Of a stretch of DNA of 32,000 bases, positions 1 through 7,632 are shown piece by piece (the stretch's first letter is position 1; each line of letters opens with the position of its first letter). A model generated the notes under the pieces. That model was not told the DNA's origin and searched no databases. It was given only the letters and a program-made list of their open reading frames with translations. The stretch spans positions 1 through 32,000 of the forward strand of contig JAFQCH010000046.1 in assembly GCA_017416485.1 (NCBI GenBank), given 5' to 3'. The stretch comes from Clostridia bacterium. Its GTDB lineage: Bacteria; Bacillota; Clostridia; Oscillospirales; Acutalibacteraceae. The position numbers were made by a program, and so were the translations under genes.

Positions 1-1
1 A

Positions 2-2857
2 GATCTTGCGTTCGCTCATTGCTATAGCCTGACGAGTATAGAGATTCCGGCAAGTTTAAAAGATGCCGATGATTATATTTACAACTATGAAGGTCCTTTT
101 TATAAATGCAGCAGTTTGAAAAATGTAACAATTGAAAACGGCACAACCAAGATAGTAGATCATTTGTTTGCAGGATGCACCGGATTAGAAAGCATTGAGA
201 TTCCGGATACCGTAACCGAAATCGATGAGCATGCCTTTAATGGTTGCAGTAATTTATCATCAGTAAAACTTTCAGAATCATTAGTGTTTTTAGGAGCCAT
301 GTCTTTTGCAGAGTGCACTTCTTTGACCAGTATAGAAATACCGGTAAGTTTAAAAAAAGCCGATTATTATATTTACAACTATGAAGGACCTTTCTATAAT
401 TGCAGCAGTTTGAAAACCGCAACAATTGAAGACGGTACTACCAAGATATTAGATCATTTGTTTGCAGGATGTACCGGGCTTAAGAATATTGAAATGCCCG
501 GTACTATAAAAGAAATTGGAAATTGGGCTTTTTATTATACCGGATTTGACAATATCATAATACCTGATAATATAACAAGAATAGGTGAGCAGGCATTTGC
601 ACATTGCAGCAATCTTACGAATGTCACATTTTCGGATACTCTGCTTGAAATATTACGAGGTGCCTTTGCCTATACAGGCTTGGAATCGGTTGTTCTGCCA
701 AACAGTATAACAAGTATGGGCACAAGCGTATTTGAAGGATGTTCCTCTTTAAAAACTGCGGTCCTTAACAACACCAGACAGAATGTAATGGAATACACAT
801 TCAGCGGCTGTACTGCTCTTGAAAGCATAGAGCTGCCGGCAACGGTAACCACCATTCAGAATTACGCTTTTAACAATTGTACATCCCTGAAAGAAGTGAA
901 ACTCAATGACGGTTTGACAACAATTCAAAGCAACGCGTTTAAAAATTGCGATGCACTGACAACGATCGCCATCCCCGACAGTGTAACTTCTGTCGGAGCA
1001 TCCGCATTTTATGATTGCGATGCCCTGACAACGATTGCTATCCCCGATAGCGTAAGTTCTTTCGGCTCATCCGTCTTCTATGATTGCGATACGCTTACTT
1101 CTGTCACGCTCGGAACAGGCATGACTTCACTGCCTTCGAGCACCTTTGAGCATTGCGATCTTCTTGCGGAAATTGTGTTGCCTTACAGAGTGGCATCTAT
1201 CGGTGGAAATGCGTTTAAAGATTGTGTTAAGTTCACTACAATCACAATCCCCCGTGCAACAACCAAAATTGATTCAACTGCGTTCAGCTATCCTACAAGA
1301 CTTACCATCAATGGTGTTGCCGGTACGTATGCCGAAACCTTTGCCAATGAAGTCGGTGCAACCTTTGTAAACAAAGAAGTGAATGCAACAGCTGTTACGC
1401 TCAACAAAACAGAAGTAACGCTTAATAAAGGTCAGTCTGACAAACTTGTTATGACCGTGACTCCGTCTGACTTTACCGACGAAGTATCTTGGAAATCAAG
1501 CGACACAAATGTTGCAACCATTGCGGAAGACGGAACTCTTGTTGCAAAGAATGTGGGCACCGCCACAATCAAAGTAACAGTAGGGAATGTTAGTGCATCC
1601 TGCAAAGTAACGGTTGTGCAGCCTGTGACAAGTGTAAATATTGATAAGAGCAGTGTAACTTTGCAGGCCCTTGAAACTTATGCACTGAAACTTACTGTAA
1701 ATCCTTCCAACGCTGCAAATAAAACTGTACAGTGGACTTCTTCAGCAAGCGATATTGCATCTATTGATGAAAACGGTCTGGTGACTGCACATAAGAAAGG
1801 CGAGGCAACAATCACGGCAGAAGCACAAGACGGAAGCGGAAAGTATGATACTTGTAAAATTGTTGTTACAAATAACGGTGTTATTGCAGACAGCGTTTCA
1901 GAACTTGAAAGCCCTCATAATTATCCTGTAAATTGTTCAGATTTCTGGCAGTATACATTGGAAGGTGCAGATGGTATTTCTGTTACATTCGACACAAAAA
2001 CGACCATAGAGGATGGCTTTGATTACCTTTATATTTATGACGGTAAGGGTAATGAGGTCGGAAAGTACACAGGCACAGAACTTGCAGGTAAAACAATTGT
2101 AATCAATGATAATACGGTCAGAATTCAGCTTGCTTCTGATGATTCCGGAACTGAATGGGGATTTAAAGTAACTGAAGTAAAAACTCTTTCCGAGCATACG
2201 CATGATTACGTATCAGTTATCACAAAGCAGGCAACCTGTACTGAATCCGGGGTAAAAACGTTTACTTGCAGTTGCTCTGATTTGTATACTGAAGAAATTC
2301 CCGTTCTCGGTCACAATTTCAGTACAGAATTTACTGTTGATAAAGAAGCCACTGCAACAGAAGATGGCTCCAAGTCAAAACATTGTCTGAGAGACGGATG
2401 TGCCGAAAGAAGTGAAGTTACTGTAATACCAAAACTTGAAAGTTCTTTTGTAGACAGTGAAAATGCTAAACTTGATAATGACGTAGTTGTAATGACTGCG
2501 GGGATTACCGTAGAAAATCTTCTTTCTCAGGCAGATAGTGGTGCCGTTATAAAGGACAGTAAGGGAAATACGATTACATCTGACAAACTTCCCGGTACAG
2601 GTATGGTTCTTGTTCTTCCTGACGGCAACGAACATACAATTGTTGTTTTTGGTGATGTTGAAGGCGACGGTATTGTTTCCGCATCAGACGCAAGACTTGC
2701 CCTTCGTGCTTCTGTTGGTCTGGAAGATTATGCAGAAGACTCAGCACAGTATAAAGCTGCAAAAGTAAGCACCGGTGATACACTTTCAGCAGCGGATGCA
2801 AGATTGATTCTCAGAGCTTCTGTCGGACTTGATGACCCGAAAGACTGGATGAAGTAA
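2..2857 (+). CDS. Secreted BspA-type leucine-rich-repeat surface protein with Big_2 Ig-like domains, a CUB-like domain, a Cys-rich module and a C-terminal dockerin. It is 5'-partial: the frame is open to the window edge.
   Basis: The frame of ORF 116..2857 stays open back to nt 2 (DLAFAHCYSLTSIEIPASLKDADDYIYNYEGPFYKC...). There are repeated ~23-aa LRR units (xxAFxxCxxLxxIxIP). Two Big_2-like segments are present (VTLNKTEVTLNKGQSDKL..., VNIDKSSVTLQALETYAL...). ESPHNYPVNC...YLYIYDG is CUB-like. The C-terminal dockerin duplicate is GDVEGDGIVSASDARLALRASVGL / DTLSAADARLILRASVGL. The stop is TAA. Confidence 0.85.
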   Translation, partial: DLAFAHCYSLTSIEIPASLKDADDYIYNYEGPFYKCSSLKNVTIENGTTKIVDHLFAGCTGLESIEIPDTVTEIDEHAFNGCSNLSSVKLSESLVFLGAMSFAECTSLTSIEIPVSLKKADYYIYNYEGPFYNCSSLKTATIEDGTTKILDHLFAGCTGLKNIEMPGTIKEIGNWAFYYTGFDNIIIPDNITRIGEQAFAHCSNLTNVTFSDTLLEILRGAFAYTGLESVVLPNSITSMGTSVFEGCSSLKTAVLNNTRQNVMEYTFSGCTALESIELPATVTTIQNYAFNNCTSLKEVKLNDGLTTIQSNAFKNCDALTTIAIPDSVTSVGASAFYDCDALTTIAIPDSVSSFGSSVFYDCDTLTSVTLGTGMTSLPSSTFEHCDLLAEIVLPYRVASIGGNAFKDCVKFTTITIPRATTKIDSTAFSYPTRLTINGVAGTYAETFANEVGATFVNKEVNATAVTLNKTEVTLNKGQSDKLVMTVTPSDFTDEVSWKSSDTNVATIAEDGTLVAKNVGTATIKVTVGNVSASCKVTVVQPVTSVNIDKSSVTLQALETYALKLTVNPSNAANKTVQWTSSASDIASIDENGLVTAHKKGEATITAEAQDGSGKYDTCKIVVTNNGVIADSVSELESPHNYPVNCSDFWQYTLEGADGISVTFDTKTTIEDGFDYLYIYDGKGNEVGKYTGTELAGKTIVINDNTVRIQLASDDSGTEWGFKVTEVKTLSEHTHDYVSVITKQATCTESGVKTFTCSCSDLYTEEIPVLGHNFSTEFTVDKEATATEDGSKSKHCLRDGCAERSEVTVIPKLESSFVDSENAKLDNDVVVMTAGITVENLLSQADSGAVIKDSKGNTITSDKLPGTGMVLVLPDGNEHTIVVFGDVEGDGIVSASDARLALRASVGLEDYAEDSAQYKAAKVSTGDTLSAADARLILRASVGLDDPKDWMK
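32..490 (+). repeat. Intragenic duplication of a ~294-bp (98-aa) LRR module
   Basis: ccggcaagtttaaaagatgccgatgattatatttacaactatgaaggtcc... at 47 recurs at 341 as ccggtaagtttaaaaaaagccgattattatatttacaactatgaaggacc.... The protein segments IPASLKDADDYIYNYEGPFYKCSSLKNVTIENGTTKIVDHLFAGCTGL and IPVSLKKADYYIYNYEGPFYNCSSLKTATIEDGTTKILDHLFAGCTGL match closely. Confidence 0.7.
947..1084 (+). repeat. Tandem 69-bp (one 23-aa LRR unit) duplication inside the LRR gene
   Basis: Units 947-1015 and 1016-1084 both start tgcgatgc(a/c)ctgacaacgat(c/t)gc(c/t)atccccga. They encode CDALTTIAIPDSVTSVGASAFYD and CDALTTIAIPDSVSSFGSSVFYD. Confidence 0.8.
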
Positions 2858-2876
2858 AAACAACACAAATCAATTT

Positions 2877-2905
2877 AAGGGAACGGCTCAAAAGTCGTTC
2901 CCTTT
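2877..2905 (+). terminator. Rho-independent terminator of the LRR/dockerin gene
   Basis: Hairpin aagggaacg / cgttccctt followed by T residues, 20 nt after the TAA stop. Confidence 0.7.
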
Positions 2906-3025
2906 GCCATTTCTCCAAGAGAACAAGCAAAATCATCAGCCAAAAGCAAGCCACCGTATCTTTCGACACGGTGGCTCACTTGTTTCGCGACAATCGAAGC
3001 CTGCGCTTCTTTTTGGGAATACTTA

Positions 3026-3613
3026 TTATTTTTCCAGCAGCTCAAGATACTTGTATATCGTTGTTCTGCTCATATCACACACTCTGGCAAACTCTGACAC
3101 GTTTAAGTTGCCGTTTTTGTATGAGGGGTAGTGTCTCATGAATATTGCCGGGATATTGTCTGCGGTTGTTTGCGGTCGCCCGATTTTCGCCCCCTTTGCT
3201 CTGGCATTTGCCATCCCAGACCGCACACGTTCTCTGATGATTCTCAACTCCAATTCTGCAAACACACCCGACAGCTGAATGAATGCATTTGTCATCGGGT
3301 CAATCTGACCTCCTGAACAGTCAACCGTTATGCTGCCGACAATCACCAGCCGCAAGCACTTTGCTTTTACTGTTTCTATGATTTCGCAGAGCTGCTTTGT
3401 GCTTCTGGCAAGTCTGGACACTTCGAGAGTGTATATGCTGTCTCCCGGTTGCGCTTGTTCCAGAAGCAGGGAGAGCTGCTCTTTGATTGCGGAATCGCCG
3501 TGTTCGTATTCAAGAAAAACTTCTTCGGCTCCGGCTGTTTTTAATTCACGGACTTGTCTCTCAATATCCTGCTTGCTCTCATTTGTCGAGCATCGGGCAT
3601 AACCGTAATTCAT
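3026..3613 (-). CDS. Small serine recombinase (resolvase/invertase family) with a C-terminal HTH
   Basis: The N-terminus MNYGYARCSTNESKQDIERQ matches the resolvase catalytic motif (Y-x-R-x-S-T..Q). The length is 195 aa. The C-terminal HTH is NVSEFARVCDMSRTTIYKYL. The RBS aaaggagaag lies upstream of ATG 3613. The stop is TAA. Confidence 0.85.
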   Translation of the reverse strand: MNYGYARCSTNESKQDIERQVRELKTAGAEEVFLEYEHGDSAIKEQLSLLLEQAQPGDSIYTLEVSRLARSTKQLCEIIETVKAKCLRLVIVGSITVDCSGGQIDPMTNAFIQLSGVFAELELRIIRERVRSGMANARAKGAKIGRPQTTADNIPAIFMRHYPSYKNGNLNVSEFARVCDMSRTTIYKYLELLEK

Positions 3614-3680
3614 GTTTTCTTCTCCTTTTGGTGGGTTTGCGGAGAGGGCAAGGGCTGTTTCCTTGCCCTCTCTGTTGGTT

Positions 3681-3956
3681 TTAAGCGATTGTGAAGCGAC
3701 GGCTGGCGATCTGCTTGGTGTATTCTTTGTAGAGTTCGGGCATCACCTTTTTGAAGCTCGTGGTGTCGAATCTCTGCGTGAGAACCGATGTCCAGCGGAC
3801 GATGTAAGTGCCGGCTTCCATTTCTTCGGTGTCTCTGCTGAGCATTTCAGCTTTGATTTCGTCTCTGAGTGCTTCGGCTTCAGCCTTTGCTTCTTCGATG
3901 AGGTTTTCAAGTTCCTTGAGAGCTTCGATTTTTGTTGTGATTTCGATTGTTGACAT
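3681..3956 (-). CDS. Hypothetical 91-aa protein with an N-terminal coiled coil
   Basis: The ORF has RBS aaaggaga 7 nt before ATG 3956. It is co-oriented with the recombinase and directly upstream of it. The N-terminus is heptad-rich (KIEALKELENLIEEAKAEAEALRDEIKAE). No family was recognised. Confidence 0.6.
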   Translation of the reverse strand: MSTIEITTKIEALKELENLIEEAKAEAEALRDEIKAEMLSRDTEEMEAGTYIVRWTSVLTQRFDTTSFKKVMPELYKEYTKQIASRRFTIA

Positions 3957-4004
3957 TGTTGTTATCTCCTTTGATTGTGTGTTTGTTGTTTACCAACTGT
4001 CTTT

Positions 4005-4033
4005 ATTATACTACGAAAATCGTAGTTTGTCAA
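4005..4033 (-). promoter_or_regulatory. Consensus sigma-A promoter with a palindromic operator in the spacer, driving the 91-aa/recombinase operon
   Basis: Minus strand: TTGACA (4033-4028), a 17-nt spacer, then TATAAT (4010-4005). The spacer contains the palindrome ctacgaaaatcgtag (4011-4025). Related TACG-N5-CGTA-like copies occur at about 4035-4047 and about 4053-4066. Confidence 0.7.
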
Positions 4034-4086
4034 TACGTTTTTCGTAAAAACTTTACGATTTTCGAAAAAAATTTTCGATTTCCGTA

Positions 4087-4115
4087 TTGATTTATTACGG
4101 AATGCGTGATACAAT
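4087..4115 (+). promoter_or_regulatory. Sigma-A promoter of the XRE-family gene, divergent from the recombinase operon promoter
   Basis: TTGATT (4087-4092), a 17-nt spacer, then TACAAT (4110-4115). The RBS aaggaaggtga precedes ATG 4142. Confidence 0.6.
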
Positions 4116-4141
4116 CATCCAAAAGGAAGGTGATATAAGTA

Positions 4142-4363
4142 ATGATAAAATTCAAAGTCAAAGTTATGCTTGCGTTGCGTGGGATGACACAAAAAGAATT
4201 AGCAGAAAAAACAGGCATCAGACCGCCGACTGTGTCCGCAATCTGCACAGGTGCGGTTAAGCATTTTCCGATTGATGCACTTGACAAGATTTGCACGGTT
4301 CTTGATTGTCAACCTGCGGACATTATGGAATACGTTCCTGACGATGCTAAGGGTGTTCAATAA
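4142..4363 (+). CDS. XRE/Cro-CI family helix-turn-helix transcriptional regulator (73 aa)
   Basis: MLALRGMTQKELAEKTGIRPPTVSAICTG is a typical HTH_3 motif. The protein is small, has a good RBS and ends in TAA. Confidence 0.85.
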   Translation: MIKFKVKVMLALRGMTQKELAEKTGIRPPTVSAICTGAVKHFPIDALDKICTVLDCQPADIMEYVPDDAKGVQ

Positions 4364-4632
4364 AACATTTGATATTCTGAACGGTTTTTTGGGGCTTCCA
4401 GAAGCACAAAATCTGACGAAAAATGCGGTGTTTTTGTTCAGGAAATGTGAATCATCTTTTTGCGGACACCGGGGGACGTATTCAGGGATGAAAAAAATAT
4501 TTTTCATTTTTTCTCCTTGGTGGTGGCTCTTGCTCTTTTGAAATGTTCGTTTCATTCAGACTGACGGTTTTTCCGACCGTGCACAGAAGATGAAATCTCT
4601 GTCCAACAGACGACAGAGAAGGAATACAAACG

Positions 4633-4689
4633 AAAAAAAACGGCGATTGCGGCTCGAATTTTATCGAAAGCCGCAACCGCCGTTTTTTT
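4633..4689. terminator. Bidirectional rho-independent terminator
   Basis: A long hairpin acggcgattgcggct...agccgcaaccgccgt (one mismatch) is flanked by an A-run on its 5' side and a T-run on its 3' side. Confidence 0.6.
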
Positions 4690-4818
4690 ATTTGAATGAT
4701 CCTAATATGTCATCCAATGCCTAATCAATCAGTGTTTTCATGCTTTTATGTATTATGTTGAATAACTCTGTTTCAAGAACAGACTTTTTCTTTTTTTTAT
4801 TTTTCTTGTTTTTCTGGC

Positions 4819-5001
4819 TCATTTTTTCTGCTCCTTTACAATGATGTGAATGCTGTCTTCTTCATCAACATCAAGAATATCTTCCGATATTTTTTTTCTT
4901 TGTTCAATCCAGTTTGTCTGCGCAGTTGCATTATTGATCTGATACCAGAATTTGTCAGGTAATGTGCCGTTATTTCTGGATTGTATTGTTGTTTTATCCA
5001 A
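4819..5001 (-). CDS. Hypothetical 60-aa protein with a TTG start
   Basis: A strong RBS AAGGAGG lies 7 nt upstream of TTG 5001. It is the last gene of the minus-strand operon. The stop is TGA. No family was recognised. Confidence 0.4.
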   Translation of the reverse strand: MDKTTIQSRNNGTLPDKFWYQINNATAQTNWIEQRKKISEDILDVDEEDSIHIIVKEQKK

Positions 5002-5089
5002 AGTAGAATCCTCCTTTTTCTTTCAGAATGTCATCAAGTGTTATTGTCAGAGCTGTTTTGTTTACATCGAATTTTCGCCAATTACTTTC

Positions 5090-5440
5090 CTATGGAATCT
5101 GATAATTCAAAGGAGGTTTGTGTTTTCTTATATAATAGCCTTCTCTTTCTCCGATTTCTTCATCAATTTCAGTTTGCTTTTTGGATTTGGCTCTGTAAAG
5201 CACATCAAATTTGATTTTCATATTTCTGCTTTTGGCTTCGGCAAGAACGGAATACTTATTATTTTCGGGCGTTGATGTGCTTACCCAGTGTTCTGCCATA
5301 CGATAGAGAATGTCTCTGCTTTTGCCTACATAAACAATGATATCATTGATGGATATTGAATATATCCCGGCGCACTAAAACTTTGTGCTCCATTTCTATG
5401 TTAAATACTTTCTATATAAGTTGTCAACGTATTTGCTCAT
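5090..5440 (-). CDS. GIY-YIG domain nuclease-like gene with two internal in-frame TAG codons. It is either recoded/suppressor-dependent or a pseudogene.
   Basis: ATG 5440 is preceded by AAGGAG (5448-5453, 7-nt spacing). The translation is MSKYVDNLYRKYLT*KWSTKF*CAGIYSISINDIIVYVGKSRDILYRMAEHW.... The GIY..YVGKS..R motifs lie downstream of TAGs at 5396-5398 and 5375-5377. There is no ATG/GTG/TTG between the second TAG and the motifs, and the ORF track only reports 5090..5299. The nominal stop is also TAG (5090-5092). If that TAG is read through, the frame continues 31 codons to TAA 4994-4996. Confidence 0.55.
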
Positions 5441-5451
5441 ATCTTTTCTCC

Positions 5452-6003
5452 TTAAAATACAAATCCATCTTGTGTTTCACAAAAATCTATTACCTTTTTT
5501 GTCTCTTGGATTTTTATAATATCAGAATTATCTTTTTTTATGTTTTCTATTATATTATTATGCGTATTTTCAATATCTCCCGATGGGGGATATTCAGAAT
5601 GCATAGGGGAATCTTCAATTTTCGAAGATGGGGTATCTTCAAGCTGCCCCTGCGCACTTTTGTAAATCGCATCATAATCAACAATAATTTCGCCGGCTCG
5701 CTCTTTTGTGCCGGGATTGTGAATTAACCAACCTTTTTCAACCAGAGCTTTACGCGCCTTTTTGTATGTTTCTTCTGACATACCGCATCTGTCCATTACT
5801 GTTTTTTCGGCGACAGCAAAACTGCCGTTGGTTGCATTTCCGGTGAAAAATAATATCAATTTGAGCTATGCTCCGCATTTTCCCGGAATGCCATTGAAAA
5901 TGATTGATTCCAGCTCATGTGTGCGGATTGCTTTTCCCCATTTTTCATTTCTGTTTTTTTCTCCATGTGATTTCAGCAAAGGTGCTTGATTAAAATCGGA
6001 CAT
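5452..6003 (-). CDS. Winged-helix/HTH protein (Rep/DnaD-like replication or regulatory protein) with one in-frame TAG
   Basis: ATG 6003 has RBS GGAGA 6 nt upstream. The translation is MSDFNQAPLLKSHGEKNRNEKWGKAIRTHELESIIFNGIPGKCGA*LKLILFFTGNATNGSFAVAEKTVMDRCGMSEETYKKARKALVEKGWLI.... The TAG at 5866-5868 is in frame and sits inside the wHTH-like segment. The stop TAA 5452-5454 lies 11 nt before the next gene's ATG. The ORF track reports only the part from TTG 5859. Confidence 0.55.
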
Positions 6004-6068
6004 ATCATGTCTCCATTCTATTATAAAATTCAGGATTATAATATTTATTATTTTTGTCCTGTAATTAT

Positions 6069-6097
6069 ATTATAACAAAAATTTTTATATAAATCAA
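6069..6097 (-). promoter_or_regulatory. Sigma-A promoter of the TAG-containing operon
   Basis: Minus strand: TTGATT (6097-6092), a 17-nt spacer ending in TGT, then TATAAT (6074-6069). Confidence 0.6.
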
Positions 6098-6118
6098 AGC
6101 AGATCGATGAGCGCAAAC

Positions 6119-6149
6119 GAAAAACCGATATTCTGGACGAATATCGGTT
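6119..6149 (-). terminator. Terminator after the 157-aa gene
   Basis: The hairpin aaccgatattc/gaatatcggtt (6123-6149) is followed on the minus strand by TTTTCGTTTG. Confidence 0.5.
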
Positions 6150-6184
6150 TGACTTGTGTTGGTATATTTCATTGTCTTTTCCTT

Positions 6185-6658
6185 TTATGCTGTTTCGAGC
6201 AGTTTTGCAGTGGTTTCTTCTTCTAATACAGAAGTTGCAGATATGACAACCGGCTGTATGTTGAGATAGAAAAGGGGATTCTTTCTGAAATCGGGGAACT
6301 GTTTCAAAAACCATTTACTGACAACTGCATACCGGCTGTGTTGCGGAAGTGAGCCGTTCTCTTTTAAAAACTTAAATTCAGCAAGATAGTTTTCGTGATT
6401 TGGCAATCCAACAATGAAGCCTTCCATGCGTTCATATGTCAGGTTCTTGAACTGATTGCAGTTGAACGTTTCGCCACTCTTGGTTGTGTATTTCTTGGGT
6501 GATCGGTGGGTCTTTTTTGCAATGGTCAGAGAAGGAAAGTCAGTGGTTAATTTCAATACAAGTTCATATTCTGCACTGTTAGGGTCGTTCATATTTTCAG
6601 CAAAGTCAGCGGTGATTGTGAGAGTTTTGCTAATAATGTCAAAATTATACTTTTCCAT
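6185..6658 (-). CDS. Hypothetical 157-aa protein, a paralogue of the upstream 159-aa protein
   Basis: The ORF has ATG 6658 and a TAA stop. It shares ...Y/F-x-x-ME-x-Y/F-I..L.N... and KWFL-x-x-F motifs with ORF 6717..7196. Confidence 0.6.
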   Translation of the reverse strand: MEKYNFDIISKTLTITADFAENMNDPNSAEYELVLKLTTDFPSLTIAKKTHRSPKKYTTKSGETFNCNQFKNLTYERMEGFIVGLPNHENYLAEFKFLKENGSLPQHSRYAVVSKWFLKQFPDFRKNPLFYLNIQPVVISATSVLEEETTAKLLETA

Positions 6659-6716
6659 TTCTTTTTCATCCTTTCAGAATTTCAGAGTAAATCATTTGAT
6701 GTTTTTTATCCGTTTC

Positions 6717-7196
6717 TTAAGATGCAGATTTCAGCACAGGCGGATTGGTGTCAGCATTCTTTTTAGCCTGGCTCATGAGATGCATTGAAATGCGTTCTTT
6801 CGCATCGTCCATGTTGAATCCGTTTTCCTCAGATCCAAACTTTTCAAGGAACCACTTTTTTGTAAACGGGAATTCTTTGATTTCAGCATTTACTGCTACC
6901 TTTCTGACTTCTTTATATTCACCATACACGATGTCAGCATTATCGAGAGTTTTGATGTAATCTTCCATAAACTTGAAATCAAGACCGCTATAAGTTCTCT
7001 TGGCTTGTTTACTCTTGATTTTCTGTTCTTTGACAACAAGTTCAAATGTGGGATGTGCTGACATTTTGCTTGTAAGTTCTTCATAAGCATCACCGAATCC
7101 CTTGTTTGCTTTGTTGAAACTTGCCTTGGTGCCTGAGATTGTTTTTGCGAAGAAGTCGAGGGTGAAGTAGTTCTTGTTGTTTGTTGTGTTTTTCAT
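6717..7196 (-). CDS. Hypothetical 159-aa protein, a paralogue of ORF 6185..6658
   Basis: ATG 7196 (MKNTTNNKNYF...) with an upstream aaaggaaa RBS is preferred over the track's TTG at 7226. The stop is TAA. No family was recognised. Confidence 0.6.
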   Translation of the reverse strand: MKNTTNNKNYFTLDFFAKTISGTKASFNKANKGFGDAYEELTSKMSAHPTFELVVKEQKIKSKQAKRTYSGLDFKFMEDYIKTLDNADIVYGEYKEVRKVAVNAEIKEFPFTKKWFLEKFGSEENGFNMDDAKERISMHLMSQAKKNADTNPPVLKSAS

Positions 7197-7371
7197 AAGT
7201 AATTTCCTTTCTGCGGTAGGTCGCAACCCATTATTTTTTTTCGAGGAGGTTCAGTGCTGTGTTCCTCTCTCGTTGTGTCTATAGTATACAAAACAACCTA
7301 TCCAATATCAGTGGATAGGTTTTGGATTTGATTGTAATTTTTTTAAGTTTTTTTGTGAACAGAAATGATTC

Positions 7372-7450
7372 AAAGATGATGATATTTGTGTAAAGATGAT
7401 TGATGATATCAAAAGATGATCTGAATTGAAAAAAGTTTCATAAAGATGTG
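7372..7450 (+). repeat. Iteron-like direct repeats AAAGATGAT with 20-bp phasing, adjacent to an AT-rich tract
   Basis: aaagatgat occurs at 7372, 7392 and 7412 (exactly 20 bp apart), with a variant aaagatgtg at 7442. GATGATAT motifs are embedded at 7378 and 7402. A T/A-rich stretch lies at 7331-7360. Confidence 0.6.
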
Positions 7451-7632
7451 TATAATAAAAGGTAAAGAACTTGTATCCTGAACAAACGATATGATAAAAT
7501 CATATCAGCAAGCAGGCAAGAGGTCTTGAAAAGTAAATAAAAAACAGCCTGCAAATACAGGCTGTCGGAAAAGAGCATAAATCCGGGCATTGTGGCAGAT
7601 GATTGCATCTTTAAGCCGTGGGGCACCACGGC

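Noticed and set aside
4472-4490. ggggacgtattcagggatg resembles the 5' end of Firmicute tmRNA (GGGGACGTTACGGATTCGACAGGGATG) and is complementary to the orphan acceptor strand at 7672-7678
   Set aside because: It lies 3.2 kb away and lacks the GGATTCGA D-loop-analogue segment. A 7-mer match is expected by chance several times in 64 kb of two-strand sequence. No other tmRNA features follow it.
4199-4555. 118-aa minus-strand ORF; an internal ATG at 4507 has a good AAGGAG RBS
   Set aside because: Most of it runs antisense through the well-supported XRE gene. It has a low-complexity, Cys/Arg-rich composition and no recognisable domain. It is probably a shadow ORF, although a short peptide from 4507 cannot be ruled out.
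5341-5393. Single-nucleotide frameshift as the explanation for the broken GIY-YIG gene (short ORF MEHKVLVRRDIFNIHQ from ATG 5393)
   Set aside because: That ATG has no RBS. In contrast, the frame carrying the GIY-YIG motifs is continuous back to ATG 5440, which has a perfect RBS, once the two TAGs are read as sense. The TAG interpretation needs no indel.
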